64,000 nt of DNA from positions 92,565 through 156,564 of the forward strand of contig CAVYJQ010000009.1 in the NCBI GenBank assembly GCA_963768905.1, given 5' to 3'. Each line of letters starts with the position of its first letter. Position 1 is the stretch's first letter. This DNA is from an uncultured Actinomycetota bacterium (GTDB lineage: Bacteria; Actinomycetota; Actinomycetes; Propionibacteriales; Nocardioidaceae). A program made the translations under genes and the position numbers. The notes beneath the pieces were generated by a model. That model saw only the letters and a program-made list of their open reading frames with translations, searched no databases and had not been told where the DNA came from. This document shows positions 10,333 through 20,828 of this stretch, in pieces.

Positions 10333-13300
10333 GTGGCCGAGTCTTCACCAGCCGCATCCCCCGTCGACAACCCCCTTGCAGCGTTCGGGGCCAATGAATG
10401 GCTCGTCGACGAGATGTACGAGCAGTACAAGCAGGATCCGAACAGCGTGGACAAGGCCTGGTGGGACTTCTTCAAGAACTATCACGAGGACGCCGAGGCG
10501 CAGAACGGCAAGAAGGCCGAGCCCAAGCCTGCCGAGTCGAAGCCGTCCGAGACGGCCCCGGCCAAGGCCGATGAGCCGGCCAAGGCCTCCGCGCCGGCGA
10601 AGGCCGCTGAGCCCAAGGACGCCCCCGCCAAGGCCGCCCCCGCCAAGGCCGATGCCAAGGCTGCGCCCTCGAAGCCCGCTCCGGCGAAGCCCGCCGCCAA
10701 GACGACCCCGGCGACCGACGTCCAGCCGAAGCCCGACGTGAAGCCGCAGGCGCCTGCCGCCCCGCTTCCCAAGGAGCCCGAGTCGACCGCCCCGGCGGAG
10801 GCCAGCGACGAGCCCGAGCTGGTGACCCTGCGCGGCGCCCCCGCCCGCACCGTCCAGAACATGGACGTCAGCCTGTCGGTGCCGACGGCGACGTCGGTCC
10901 GCTCGGTCCCGGTGAAGCTGCTGATCGACAACCGGACGGTCATCAACAACCACCTGGCCCGCGCCCGCGGTGGCAAGGTCTCGTTCACCCACCTGATCGG
11001 CTACGCGCTCGTCCAGGCACTGAAGTCGATGCCCGAGATGAACGTCGGCTTCGACGTGGTCGACGGCAAGCCGACCCTGATCAAGCCCGCGCACATCAAC
11101 CTCGGCCTCGCGATCGACCTGCCGAAGCCCGACGGCACCCGCCAGCTGCTGGTGCCCTCGATCAAGGCAGCGGAGTCGATGAACTTCGCGGCGTTCTGGA
11201 CGGCGTACGAGGACCTCGTCCGCAAGGCCCGCAACAACAAGCTCGCCGTCAGCGACTTCCAGGGCACCACGATCAGCCTGACCAACCCGGGCACGATCGG
11301 CACCAACCACTCCGTGCCGCGGCTGATGAAGGGCCAGGGCGCGATCATCGGCGTCGGCTCGATGGACTACCCGCCGGAGTTCCAGGGCGCCTCCGAGGAG
11401 ACCCTGACCCGCAACGCGGTCAGCAAGATCATGACGCTGACCTCGACGTACGACCACCGCGTGATCCAGGGCGCCCAGTCGGGTGAGTTCCTCAAGCGTC
11501 TGCACGCCCTGCTGCTCGGTGGCGACGACTTCTACGACGAGATCTTCCGGGCACTGCGGATCCCCTACGAGCCGATCCGCTGGGCCAACGACATCTCGGC
11601 CAACCACGACGACGAGATCAGCAAGCAGGCCCGGATCCTCGAGCTGATCCACGCCTACCGGGTGCGCGGCCACATCATGGCCGACACCGACCCGCTCGAG
11701 TACCAGCAGCGCAGCCACCCCGACCTCGAGGTGGAGTCGCACGGCCTCACGCTGTGGGACCTCGACCGCGAGTTCGCGACCGGCTCGTTCGGTGGCGAGG
11801 GTCGCCGCTTCATGAAGCTGCGCAACATCCTGGGCATCCTGCGCGACTCGTACTGCCGCACCGTCGGCATCGAGTACATGCACATCCAGGACCCCGAGCA
11901 GCGTCGCTGGATCCAGCAGCGCGTCGAGCAGCCGCACGTGAAGCCGCCCCGCGAGGAGCAGCTCCGGATCCTGCTCAAGCTCAACCAGGCCGAGGCGTTC
12001 GAGACCTTCCTGCAGACGAAGTTCGTCGGGCAGAAGCGGTTCAGCCTCGAGGGCGGCGAGACGACCATCCCGCTGATCGACGAGATCTGCGAGGCAGCCG
12101 CCGAGGCCGACCTCGACGAGGTCTGCATCGGCATGGCCCACCGCGGCCGGCTGAACGTGCTCGCCAACATCGTCGGCAAGAGCTACAGCCAGATCTTCCG
12201 CGAGTTCGAGGGCAACATCGACCCGCGGACGGTCCAGGGCTCCGGCGACGTGAAGTACCACCTCGGAGCCGAGGGCGCGTTCACCGCCGGGTCCGGCGAC
12301 GAGATCAAGGTCTCGGTGGCCGCGAACCCGTCCCACCTCGAGGCGGTCGACCCGGTGCTCGAGGGCATCGCGCGCGCCAAGCAGGACGTCCTCAACCGCG
12401 GCGCCGAGTTCCCGGTGCTGCCGCTGCTGGTCCACGGTGACGCCGCGTTCGCGGGTCAGGGTGTGGTGGCGGAGACGCTCAACCTCTCCCAGCTGCGCGG
12501 GTACCGCACCGGCGGCACCATCCACGTCGTGGTCAACAACCAGGTCGGCTTCACCACCTCCCCGGCGTCGTCCCGCTCGTCGCTGTACTGCACCGACGTG
12601 GCCCGGATGGTCCAGGCGCCGATCTTCCACGTGAACGGCGACGACCCCGAGGCGTGCATCCGCGTTGCCCGGCTGGCGTTCGAGTACCGCCAGGCGTTCA
12701 AGAAGGACGTCGTCATCGACCTCGTCTGCTACCGGCGCCGTGGCCACAACGAGGGCGACGACCCGTCGTACACGCAGCCGCTGATGTACGACCTGATCGA
12801 GCAGAAGCGCTCGGTGCGCAAGCTGTACACCGAGTCCCTGATCGGTCGTGGCGACATCACCCTCGAAGAGGCCGAGCAGGTGCTGCGCGACTACCAGCAG
12901 CAGCTCGAGCGGGTCTTCACCGAGGTGCGCGAGGCGACCTCCACTCCGTCGGAGTGGACCACGGTCCCCGACTACCCCGAGAAGAGCGCCAACGAGATCG
13001 CCACCGCGATCTCGAAGGAGACGCTGAAGCGGATCTCCGACGCGCACGTCAACGCGCCCGATGGCTTCACGGTGCACCCGAAGGTGCTCCCGCAGCTGCA
13101 GCGTCGCGCCGCCGCGATCACCGCTGGTCCGATCGACTGGGGCACCGGCGAGATCCTCGCGTTCGGCTCGCTCCTGATGGACGGGCGCCCGGTGCGCCTC
13201 GCCGGTCAGGACTCGCGCCGCGGGACGTTCGTGCAGCGGTTCGCGACGATCATCGACCGCCAGAACGCCGACGAGTGGACGCCGCTGGCGAACCTCTCCG

Positions 13301-14157
13301 ACGACCAGGCGCAGTTCTACGTGTACGACTCGCTGCTGTCGGAGTACGCCGCGATGGGATTCGAGTACGGCTACTCGGTCGCTCGTCCCGACACGCTCGT
13401 GTTGTGGGAGGCGCAGTTCGGTGACTTCGTCAACGGCGCGCAGACGATCATCGACGAGTTCATCACCGCCGGTGAGACGAAGTGGCGCCAGCAGTCTGGC
13501 GTCGTCCTGCTGCTCCCCCACGGGTACGAGGGGCAGGGGCCCGACCACTCGTCCGCCCGGATCGAGCGGTTCCTGACGATGGGTGCCGACGACGCGTTCG
13601 TCGTCGCGCAGCCGTCGACGCCGGCCAGCCACTTCCACCTGCTGCGCCAGCACTCGCTGGGCGAGGAGCACCGACCGCTGATCGTCTTCACGCCGAAGTC
13701 GATGCTCAAGCGCAAGGAGGCGGCGTCCCGGCCCGAGGACTTCACCGAGGGCACGTTCCGCCCGGTCATCGGCGACGACCAGGTCGACCCGGAGCGGGTC
13801 GAGAAGCTGCTGCTCTGCAGCGGCCGCATCACCTGGGACCTGATGGTGGAGCGCCAGAAGCGCGAGGGCGACGACCTGCGCACCGCGATCGTGCGGCTGG
13901 AGCAGCTCTACCCGCGTCCGGTGGCAGAGCTGAAGGCGGAGATGGCGAAGTACCCGAACCTCCAGGAGATCCGCTGGGTCCAGGACGAGCCCGCCAACAT
14001 GGGCCCGTGGCCGCACATGGCGCTCAACCTGACCCCGGAGCTCGACGGGATGCCGTTCTACCGGGTCTCGCGTCCGGAGTCGTCCTCACCGTCGGTGGGC
14101 CAGCACTCGCGGCACGTCGAGGAGCAGAAGGCCCTGCTGCAGCAGGCCTTCTCCTGA
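10333..14157 (+). CDS. sucA: Multifunctional 2-oxoglutarate decarboxylase/dehydrogenase (E2-E1 fusion, Kgd)
   Basis: [12 protein letters not shown], acyltransferase [49 protein letters not shown]. Confidence 0.97.
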   Translation: MAESSPAASPVDNPLAAFGANEWLVDEMYEQYKQDPNSVDKAWWDFFKNYHEDAEAQNGKKAEPKPAESKPSETAPAKADEPAKASAPAKAAEPKDAPAKAAPAKADAKAAPSKPAPAKPAAKTTPATDVQPKPDVKPQAPAAPLPKEPESTAPAEASDEPELVTLRGAPARTVQNMDVSLSVPTATSVRSVPVKLLIDNRTVINNHLARARGGKVSFTHLIGYALVQALKSMPEMNVGFDVVDGKPTLIKPAHINLGLAIDLPKPDGTRQLLVPSIKAAESMNFAAFWTAYEDLVRKARNNKLAVSDFQGTTISLTNPGTIGTNHSVPRLMKGQGAIIGVGSMDYPPEFQGASEETLTRNAVSKIMTLTSTYDHRVIQGAQSGEFLKRLHALLLGGDDFYDEIFRALRIPYEPIRWANDISANHDDEISKQARILELIHAYRVRGHIMADTDPLEYQQRSHPDLEVESHGLTLWDLDREFATGSFGGEGRRFMKLRNILGILRDSYCRTVGIEYMHIQDPEQRRWIQQRVEQPHVKPPREEQLRILLKLNQAEAFETFLQTKFVGQKRFSLEGGETTIPLIDEICEAAAEADLDEVCIGMAHRGRLNVLANIVGKSYSQIFREFEGNIDPRTVQGSGDVKYHLGAEGAFTAGSGDEIKVSVAANPSHLEAVDPVLEGIARAKQDVLNRGAEFPVLPLLVHGDAAFAGQGVVAETLNLSQLRGYRTGGTIHVVVNNQVGFTTSPASSRSSLYCTDVARMVQAPIFHVNGDDPEACIRVARLAFEYRQAFKKDVVIDLVCYRRRGHNEGDDPSYTQPLMYDLIEQKRSVRKLYTESLIGRGDITLEEAEQVLRDYQQQLERVFTEVREATSTPSEWTTVPDYPEKSANEIATAISKETLKRISDAHVNAPDGFTVHPKVLPQLQRRAAAITAGPIDWGTGEILAFGSLLMDGRPVRLAGQDSRRGTFVQRFATIIDRQNADEWTPLANLSDDQAQFYVYDSLLSEYAAMGFEYGYSVARPDTLVLWEAQFGDFVNGAQTIIDEFITAGETKWRQQSGVVLLLPHGYEGQGPDHSSARIERFLTMGADDAFVVAQPSTPASHFHLLRQHSLGEEHRPLIVFTPKSMLKRKEAASRPEDFTEGTFRPVIGDDQVDPERVEKLLLCSGRITWDLMVERQKREGDDLRTAIVRLEQLYPRPVAELKAEMAKYPNLQEIRWVQDEPANMGPWPHMALNLTPELDGMPFYRVSRPESSSPSVGQHSRHVEEQKALLQQAFS

Positions 14158-14168
14158 GCGAGCCGCCG

Positions 14169-14348
14169 ATGTACTTCACCGACCGCGGGATCGAAGAGCT
14201 CGAGAAGCGCCGGGGTGACGAAGAGGTCACCCTGGCGTGGGTCGCCGACCGGCTCCAGGAGTTCGTCGACATCAACCCCGAGTTCGAGGTTCCCGTCGAG
14301 CGGCTGGCCACCTGGCTGGCCCGTCACGACGACCCCGACGACGACTGA
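14169..14348 (+). CDS. Small conserved actinobacterial protein (DUF6104-like)
   Basis: MYFTDRGIEELEKRRGDEEVTLAWVADRLQEFVD..VERLATWLAR. Typical position after kgd. Confidence 0.85.
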   Translation: MYFTDRGIEELEKRRGDEEVTLAWVADRLQEFVDINPEFEVPVERLATWLARHDDPDDD

Positions 14349-14360
14349 CCCCACCCCCGT

Positions 14361-14397
14361 TGGTTGAGGAGCGAGCGAAGCGAGCGTCTCGAAACCA
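14361..14397 (-). repeat. 37-bp palindromic element, left copy (inverted relative to 14885-14921)
   Basis: tggttgaggagcgagcgaagcgagcgtctcgaaacca. Confidence 0.9.
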
Positions 14398-14460
14398 ACC
14401 CCACGCGGTTGAGTACGTGTACGCATGCGAACGCGCCGAGGGTCGCTGCATGCTGGGTTC

Positions 14461-14928
14461 ATGTCGTCACGTGCAGAGGGTGTAGAGCCGGCCTTTCGGC
14501 AGGGGCGGTTCGCGCTGGGGGTCGCCCTCGGGATCTGCATCGTCCTGACGGCTCTGAGCGGGGTCGCGATCGGCTGGTGGGCGAAGCTCGCGATCGCGGC
14601 GTACCCGTCCGCCCAGCAACAGTCGCAGGCCGCCGGCGCCTATGGCGCGGCAGCGCTCGTGCTGATGCTCGGCGCGGCGGCGCTGGTGGACTACGGCACG
14701 ACTCGTTGGCAGACGTGGATGGCACTGACAGCGGCGGCAGTCATGCTGTGGCTTACGGCGTCCGCGGCGCCGTCGATCGGACACGCCTCCCCCTCGCGCT
14801 TCGACGATGGCTCCTGGGTGGACGGCGCGCTGTGGGTGCTGGCCTGTCCGTGGACCTGGCCGCTGATCGTCGTCGGGATGGCGGTGGTTTCGAGACGCTC
14901 GCTTCGCTCGCTCCTCAACCACCGGTAA
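14461..14928 (+). CDS. Hypothetical membrane protein (about 4 TM segments)
   Basis: Hydrophobic segments. The C-terminal VVSRRSLRSLLNHR* is encoded by the repeat element. Confidence 0.65.
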   Translation: MSSRAEGVEPAFRQGRFALGVALGICIVLTALSGVAIGWWAKLAIAAYPSAQQQSQAAGAYGAAALVLMLGAAALVDYGTTRWQTWMALTAAAVMLWLTASAAPSIGHASPSRFDDGSWVDGALWVLACPWTWPLIVVGMAVVSRRSLRSLLNHR

Positions 14929-14978
14929 GTCGCCCGCTCGCTCCTCAACCACCGGCAAGTCGCGCGTCAACCACCGGT
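14885..14978 (+). repeat. 37-bp palindromic element, right copy, plus two partial tandem copies of its 3' half
   Basis: tggtttcgagacgctcgcttcgctcgctcctcaacca, then cgctcgctcctcaaccaccgg and cgtcaaccaccgg. Confidence 0.9.
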
Positions 14979-15110
14979 GAAGCGCTTGGTCGCGGCGGTC
15001 CGTTCGCACGTCGGTGCCCCGGCGCGTCGAAGGGCTTGGCCGCGGCGGCGAAGCCGACGCGCCGCCCAGCGCCGGGACACCGACGGGAGGACGGGCGCAG
15101 GTAAACAAGG

Positions 15111-15167
15111 CAGCACTCAAGGGCGAATGAGCCAGCACTCGAGGGTGAACAACCCAACACTCAACGG
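15111..15167 (+). repeat. 22-bp-period direct repeats (2.5 units)
   Basis: cagcactcaagggcgaatgagc / cagcactcgagggtgaacaacc / caacactcaacgg. Confidence 0.7.
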
Positions 15168-15181
15168 ATGGGCGGGTCGGG

Positions 15182-16150
15182 TCAGCGGGTGAAGACGATC
15201 TTCCCGAAGACGTCACCCTCGGCCATGGCGGCGAACCCCTCGCGCGCCTGCTCCATCGGGTGCACCTGGTCTACGAGCGGTCGAACGCCGCTGACGTCGA
15301 GCAGGTCGACCAGCGAGGCGAGCTCGTCGCGCGTCCCCATCGTCGAGCCGATCACCCGTAGCTGAAGGAAGAAGATCCGCGTCAGCTCGGCGTCGTCCAG
15401 CTTGGGCCCGCTCGTCGCCCCCGAGGTCACCAGCGTGCCGCCCGGACGCAGCGACCGGATGGAGTGCGACCAGGTAGCGCGCCCGACGGTCTCCATCACG
15501 GCGTCCACCTTCTGCGGCAGCCGCGCGTTGCTCTCGAGGACCTCGTGCGCCCCGAGGTCCAGCGCCCGCTTGCGCTTGCCCTCGTCGCGGCTGGTGGCGA
15601 AGACCCGCAGGCCGCCGGCTCGCGCAAGGCTGATCAGCGCCGTCGCGACGCCGCCTCCAGCGCCTTGCACCAGCACGGAGTCACCTGGCTTCAGTCCGCC
15701 CTGCGTGAAGAGCATCCGGTACGCCGTCAGCCATGCGGTCGGCAGGCACGCGGCCTCCTCGAAGGACAGCGACGCGGGCTTGGGTACGACGTTGCGGCGC
15801 GGTACGACGACCTTGTCGGCGAACGTGCCCTGGTGCCGCTCGGACAGCAGCGACCGCTTCGGGTCGAGGGTCTCGTCGCCTGCCCACGACGGGTCGCTGA
15901 CGACTGCATGTACGACGACCTCGTTGCCGTCCTCGTCGTACCCCGCCGCGTCACAGCCGAGGATCATCGGCAGCGCCTCTTCGCGCAGACCCACACCCCG
16001 TAGCGACCAGAGGTCGTGGTGGTTCAGGGAGGCAGCCTTGACGTCGACGGTCACCCATCCGTCGGGCGCCACGGGGTCGGGACGCTCCCCCACCACCAGG
16101 CCGCTCAGCGGGTCGTCGGAACTGAACCGGTCTGCGTAGACAGCGAACAT
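15182..16150 (-). CDS. Zinc-binding (MDR family) oxidoreductase
   Basis: AASLNHHDLW, LGCDAAG, CLPTAWLTAY, QGAGGGVA, FGKIV. Confidence 0.92.
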   Translation of the reverse strand: MFAVYADRFSSDDPLSGLVVGERPDPVAPDGWVTVDVKAASLNHHDLWSLRGVGLREEALPMILGCDAAGYDEDGNEVVVHAVVSDPSWAGDETLDPKRSLLSERHQGTFADKVVVPRRNVVPKPASLSFEEAACLPTAWLTAYRMLFTQGGLKPGDSVLVQGAGGGVATALISLARAGGLRVFATSRDEGKRKRALDLGAHEVLESNARLPQKVDAVMETVGRATWSHSIRSLRPGGTLVTSGATSGPKLDDAELTRIFFLQLRVIGSTMGTRDELASLVDLLDVSGVRPLVDQVHPMEQAREGFAAMAEGDVFGKIVFTR

Positions 16151-16163
16151 GCCCCGACCCTAG

Positions 16164-17378
16164 TCAACGCCTGGCGACGCCGTCGGCACGGGCCGCGGCA
16201 GCGACAGCGCTCGCCACAGCCGGGCCGACACGGGCGTCGAAGGGCGAGGGGATGATGTAGTCCTCGCGCAGGTCGTCCGCCACCAGGTCGGCCAGGGCGG
16301 TCGCCGCGGCGAGCTTCATCCCCTCGGTGATGCTGCTCGCGCGTACGTCGAAGGCGCCGCGGAAGATGCCCGGGAACGCCAGCACGTTGTTGATCTGGTT
16401 CGGGAAGTCCGAGCGCCCGGTCGCCACGACCCGCGCGTGTCGATGTGCGACCTCGGGGTGCACCTCCGGCGTGGGGTTGGCGAGACCGAAGATCACGGCG
16501 TCGTCGGCCATCGTGGCCACCACTTCTTCGGGGACGTTGCCGCCCGAGACGCCGATGTAGACGTCGGCCCCGGCCAGCACGTCGGCGAGCTCGCCGGTCC
16601 GGCCGGTCTGGTCGGCGGTGTCCTGGGCCAGCGACAGCTTCACCGGTGTCAGGTCACCACGGGCGGAGTGCAGCACGCCGCGACGGTCGGTCACGGCCAG
16701 GTCGGTCACCCCCGCTGCGAGCAGGATCCGCGCGACCGCCACTCCCGCCGCACCGGCCCCGGAGATCACCACCCGGGTGTCTGCATGCTTACGACCGGTC
16801 AACCGGAGCGCGCTCTCCAGCGCGGCCAGCGCGACCACCGCGGTGCCGTGCTGGTCGTCGTGGAAGACGGGGATGTCGAGCATGTCCTTCAGACGCTGCT
16901 CGATCTCGAAGCACCGGGGCGCCGAGATGTCTTCGAGGTTGATCCCGCCGAAGCTCGGCGCCAGCCGGGCGACGGTCTCGACGATCTCGTCGGCGTCCTT
17001 GGTGTCGAGACAGATCGGGATGGCGTCGACGCCGCCGAACTGCTTGAAGAGGACGGCCTTGCCCTCCATCACCGGCATCGCCGCGGCGGGGCCGATGTCG
17101 CCGAGGCCGAGTACGGCGGTGCCGTCGGTGACCACGGCGACGGTGTTCGAGACCCAGGTGTACTCGTCGACGAGCTCGGGCTCGGCGGCGATCGCCTCGC
17201 AGACGCGCGCAACTCCGGGCGTGTACGCCAGGGAGAGGTCGTCCGGGCCGGTCAGCGGGACAGTGGAGACGATCTCCATCTTCCCGCGGAGGTGCAGGTC
17301 GAAGACGGGGTCTCCCGCCCGGTCCTGACGGGCCGTTGCAGCAGAGGCGGGGTCGGGCATCGGTGCCGATGCAACCAT
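16164..17378 (-). CDS. NAD(P)-dependent malic enzyme
   Basis: LSLAYTPGVA, TDGTAVLGLGDIG, EGKAVLFK, NLEDISAP, FHDDQHGT, TGRSDFPNQINN. Confidence 0.95.
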   Translation of the reverse strand: MVASAPMPDPASAATARQDRAGDPVFDLHLRGKMEIVSTVPLTGPDDLSLAYTPGVARVCEAIAAEPELVDEYTWVSNTVAVVTDGTAVLGLGDIGPAAAMPVMEGKAVLFKQFGGVDAIPICLDTKDADEIVETVARLAPSFGGINLEDISAPRCFEIEQRLKDMLDIPVFHDDQHGTAVVALAALESALRLTGRKHADTRVVISGAGAAGVAVARILLAAGVTDLAVTDRRGVLHSARGDLTPVKLSLAQDTADQTGRTGELADVLAGADVYIGVSGGNVPEEVVATMADDAVIFGLANPTPEVHPEVAHRHARVVATGRSDFPNQINNVLAFPGIFRGAFDVRASSITEGMKLAAATALADLVADDLREDYIIPSPFDARVGPAVASAVAAAARADGVARR

Positions 17379-17550
17379 CGTGGCGCCCTTTCGTGTCGCG
17401 TGAGTCAAGACTGCCGGTCCGGCGAACTGCTGCATCGGTGGAGCAGGCGGAACGGCACGTGGCTCGGGGGTCACCCAGTCGGGTCAGTGTTCCACACGGC
17501 TGCGGGTCACTCGGGTCGCGCCTCGGGGTGCGGACTGAATGTGGCGGACG

Positions 17551-17862
17551 CTACATCGGGCGCGGCGACGGCCACAGTCGGCCGAGGACGACGGCGAGCA
17601 CGTCGCGGTCGTCGATGGCGCCGACCGACCACGAGTCGACACCTTCCGCCGGGTTGTCACGCTCCACCCACCAGCCTTCGCCCTCGCGTCGCGTGGCTCT
17701 CTTCACCGCGACGACCCCGTCGGGCAGACGTACGACGACGAGTCGGCCCGGCCGCACCGTGCCGCCGTGCAGCACCAGCAACCGGTCGCCCTCGGCGAGG
17801 GTCGGCTGCATGGAGCGGCCGCGCACCAGGGCCATCCCCACACGAGTACGCCGCCCGCTCAT
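17551..17862 (-). CDS. sodX: Nickel-SOD maturation protease (S26 family)
   Basis: GRSMQPTL, AVKR, DNPAEGVDS. Divergent from sodN. Confidence 0.88.
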   Translation of the reverse strand: MSGRRTRVGMALVRGRSMQPTLAEGDRLLVLHGGTVRPGRLVVVRLPDGVVAVKRATRREGEGWWVERDNPAEGVDSWSVGAIDDRDVLAVVLGRLWPSPRPM

Positions 17863-17976
17863 GGGTACCGTCCCTCCTGCCCGATCCGCTCTGCGTCGCC
17901 CGCTTGCGCGGGAGTAGTGTCGCAGGTGGTTACCTCAGATATGGCCACGAGTCAGACAAGAGAGAAAGGACCACGG

Positions 17977-18378
17977 ATGTTCGCGCGACTTTTCGCACCG
18001 ACCGTCGAAGTCCACGCCCACTGCGACCTCCCCTGCGGTGTCTACGACCCCGCCCAGGCCAGGATCGAGGCCGAGTCGGTGAAGGGGATCATCGGCAAGC
18101 TCGCCGACAACGACGACCCCGACTTCCGCACTCGCGCGGTGATCATCAAGGAGCAGCGCTCCGAGCTGGTCAAGCATCACCTCTGGGTGCTGTGGACCGA
18201 CTACTTCAAGCCCCCGCACTTCGAGAAGTACCCCCAGCTGCACACCCTGTTCAACGAGGCCACGAAGCTCGCCGGTACGGCGGGTACGAAGAACTCGATG
18301 GACGCCAAGGCTGCCGACGACCTCCTCGCCAAGATCGACGAGATCGCGGAAATCTTCTGGGAGACCAAGAAGTCCTGA
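17977..18378 (+). CDS. sodN: Nickel superoxide dismutase
   Basis: Prosequence followed by the Ni-hook HCDLPCGVYDP, LWTDYFK, FWETK. GAAAGGA RBS. Confidence 0.97.
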   Translation: MFARLFAPTVEVHAHCDLPCGVYDPAQARIEAESVKGIIGKLADNDDPDFRTRAVIIKEQRSELVKHHLWVLWTDYFKPPHFEKYPQLHTLFNEATKLAGTAGTKNSMDAKAADDLLAKIDEIAEIFWETKKS

Positions 18379-18388
18379 GAGACTGACA

Positions 18389-18408
18389 GCGGTCTCGACA
18401 AGTTCGAC
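18389..18408 (+). repeat. Degenerate copy of the palindromic element
   Basis: gcggtctcgacaagttcgac versus gtggtctcgacaagctcgac. Confidence 0.7.
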
Positions 18409-18413
18409 TCTGA

Positions 18414-18444
18414 TGGGGTCGGGCGCCACGAGCGTCCGACCCCA
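18414..18444 (+). terminator. Hairpin downstream of sodN
   Basis: tggggtcgggcgc-cacga-gcgtccgacccca. Confidence 0.6.
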
Positions 18445-18494
18445 CAGTCTCGATTGATGGCTCCACTGATGACTCGAATGAAGGGTGGTACGAC

Positions 18495-18878
18495 GTGGTG
18501 GACACCCATCCGGACGTAGAGCTCCGGATCCCCGCGGACGGCGCGTTCCTCGCCGTACTCCGCACCGCCACTGCCGGTCTCGCAGCGCGGCTCGACTTCA
18601 CGTTGGACGACATCGAGGACCTGCGCATCGCCGTCGACGAGGCCTGCGCCATGGTGCTGCCCCAGGCGCGGCCCGGCAGTGACCTCACCTGTTCGTTCGA
18701 GCTCGGCGACGGCCGGCTCGGGGTGTCCGTCTCGGCCGTCTGCGACGATCCCCGCCAGCCGAGCCGAGATGGGTTCGCGTGGACGGTGCTCGCCGCACTC
18801 ACCACGTCGGTGAGCGCTGAGATCGAGGGCGACCAGCTCACGATCAGGCTCGCGCGAGCCACTACCGACTCGGCGTGA
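18495..18878 (+). CDS. Anti-sigma factor (RsbW-like, HATPase fold)
   Basis: VLRTATAGLAARLDFTLDDIEDLRIAVDEAC. Coupled to the sigma gene. Confidence 0.9.
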   Translation: MVDTHPDVELRIPADGAFLAVLRTATAGLAARLDFTLDDIEDLRIAVDEACAMVLPQARPGSDLTCSFELGDGRLGVSVSAVCDDPRQPSRDGFAWTVLAALTTSVSAEIEGDQLTIRLARATTDSA

Positions 18879-19699
18879 CCGGCGCGATGAGCACGGACGA
18901 GTCGAGCCGTACCCGCGCCGACTCCCTCACCGAGATGAGGGCCCGCAGCCACCAGCTGTTCACGGCTCTCTCGGACGCCGACATCAGCGAGGCCGAGCGG
19001 GCCCGGCTGCGCGACGACCTGGTGCGCCTGCACCTCCCGCTCGTCGAGCACTTCGCCCGTCGCTTCCTGAACCGTGGTGAGCCGTACGACGACCTGCTCC
19101 AGGTCGGCACGATCGGGCTGATCAAGGCCGTCGACCGGTTCGACCTCGAACGCGGCGTCGAGTTCTCCACGTACGCAACGCCGACCATCGTCGGCGAGAT
19201 CAAGCGCCATTTCCGCGACCGCGGCTGGGCGATCCGGGTGCCGCGACGCCTGCAGGAGCTGCGGATCTCGATCACGACGGCGACCGCCGAGCTGACCCAG
19301 GAGCACGGTCGCTCCCCCACGGTCGCCGAGCTCGCACACCGGATCGGTGTCCCCGAGGAGGAGATCCTCGAAGGCCTGGACTCCTCGAACGCCTACGCGA
19401 CGCTGTCGCTCGACGCGCCCGACTCCAGCGAGGACAGCGCGCTCAGCATGATCGACGTGATCGGCGCGGACGACGAGTCGCTCGAGCACGTCGAGAACCG
19501 CGAGACGATCAAGCCGCTGCTCGAGGGCCTCGACCCACGGGAGAAGCACATCCTCACGTTGCGGTTCTTCAAGGGAATGACGCAGTCGCAGATCGCGGCG
19601 GAGATCGGGATCTCCCAGATGCACGTGTCCCGGTTGCTCACCCGGACCCTGGAGAAGCTCCGGCGGTCGCTCGCGGACGCCGGCGTCGACGACTTCTGA
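18875..19699 (+). CDS. SigB/SigF-family sigma factor
   Basis: DDLLQVGTIGLIKAVDRFD, FSTYATPTIVGEIKRHFRD, TQSQIAAEIGISQMHVSR. Confidence 0.95.
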   Translation: MTGAMSTDESSRTRADSLTEMRARSHQLFTALSDADISEAERARLRDDLVRLHLPLVEHFARRFLNRGEPYDDLLQVGTIGLIKAVDRFDLERGVEFSTYATPTIVGEIKRHFRDRGWAIRVPRRLQELRISITTATAELTQEHGRSPTVAELAHRIGVPEEEILEGLDSSNAYATLSLDAPDSSEDSALSMIDVIGADDESLEHVENRETIKPLLEGLDPREKHILTLRFFKGMTQSQIAAEIGISQMHVSRLLTRTLEKLRRSLADAGVDDF

Positions 19700-19736
19700 C
19701 GCGCGAGGCGCCCGGTCTACTCGTCGCTACTCGTCG

Positions 19737-20156
19737 CTACTCGTCGCCGCCGAGGGCGCGCAGCGAAGCCGGGTGGAAGATCCCGCCCAGCACCAGGAAC
19801 GCCGTGAGGCCGAGCACGACGGCGACCGGCGTCGAGTCGCCGCCGATGAAGCTCCAGGCCACTCCGAGCTGGATGAGCTGGGCCATCACGACCGGCGAGC
19901 GGGCCCAGGTCTGGCCGCGCGACATCGCCCAGCCGCAGTAGGCGAGGCCGGCGCCGTACACCAGGAAGAAGAGTGCGGTGCTCACCCCCATCACGGCCCT
20001 GGCCGCGTCGACCGCAGCGATCTCCGCCACCCCGTAGAGGACCAGAAGGATCGCCTCGACAGCCGCGACTGCCGCGGCCACCAGGAGCGGCGCGGGGGTT
20101 GCCGCCCGGGCGCCGGGGTCGGAAGGCTGGGCGGGAGTATGCGAGGCGTCCGTCAC
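19737..20156 (-). CDS. Hypothetical membrane protein
   Basis: Four hydrophobic segments, WARSPVVMAQLIQLGVAW. Start uncertain. Confidence 0.75.
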   Translation of the reverse strand: MTDASHTPAQPSDPGARAATPAPLLVAAAVAAVEAILLVLYGVAEIAAVDAARAVMGVSTALFFLVYGAGLAYCGWAMSRGQTWARSPVVMAQLIQLGVAWSFIGGDSTPVAVVLGLTAFLVLGGIFHPASLRALGGDE

Positions 20157-20536
20157 GTGCACAGATGCTACGTCCCCGGTTCCGCCGTCCATCCGCCACG
20201 CCGACGAGCCGCCGCCCCTTGGCCGCGCCGGAGGGACGAATACTGAGGCGGAATGGCATAGCTCACCGCCTAATTCACCCACCTGTGACCAAGCCGACCC
20301 TAAGAAGTGCTTGATCCGGATGGCATCTCTTGCCACTCTTATGGAGGTCTCCGGTGGAGGACCGTTTCGGATTCCACCTCCGTAGCAATGTCAACCCCCG
20401 TCCAGACAACTTGAGGACGTGGGTTTCGGGTCCCGTATTGACGGTCACAACAGTGAACGTCGGAGCGTTACTCGCGCAGGGTTACCGACTAGACCCAGTT
20501 GGCACACTCACCGAACACGACAAGGAGTACGTCGCC

Positions 20537-20788
20537 ATGGATTGGCGCCACCGCTCTGCATGCCTCGACGAGGATCCAGAGCTGTTCTTCCCGATCGGCA
20601 ACACCGGTCCGGCCATCCTCCAGATCGAGGAGGCCAAGCAGGTGTGCCGTCGCTGCGATGTGCGCGAGCAGTGCCTCGCGTGGGCTCTTGAGGCGGGGCA
20701 GGACCACGGCGTTTGGGGCGGCATGAGCGAGGACGAGCGCCGTGCGCTGAAGCGCCGGAACGCTCGCGCAAAGGTCCGTACCGCCTGA
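20537..20788 (+). CDS. whiB1: WhiB1-like Fe-S transcription regulator
   Basis: MDWRHRSACLDEDPELFFP, CxxC, GVWGG. Convergent with pdtaS. Confidence 0.93.
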   Translation: MDWRHRSACLDEDPELFFPIGNTGPAILQIEEAKQVCRRCDVREQCLAWALEAGQDHGVWGGMSEDERRALKRRNARAKVRTA

Positions 20789-20828
20789 GGGCGAGCTCGG
20801 ATCCGTTGGACCACGACCCGCTGCCGGA

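Noticed and set aside
10490-10810. Ala/Lys/Pro-rich low-complexity stretch in kgd
   Set aside because: Normal flexible linker of actinobacterial Kgd.
10345-14016. 1223-aa antisense ORF, and similar long shadow ORFs (e.g. 3388..4845, 23516..25351, 56334..58508)
   Set aside because: Antisense shadows of well-supported genes, expected from high-GC codon bias. No motifs.
20280-20530. CRP site upstream of whiB1
   Set aside because: Only half-sites (TGTGA, TCACA) without correct pairing. Not supportable.
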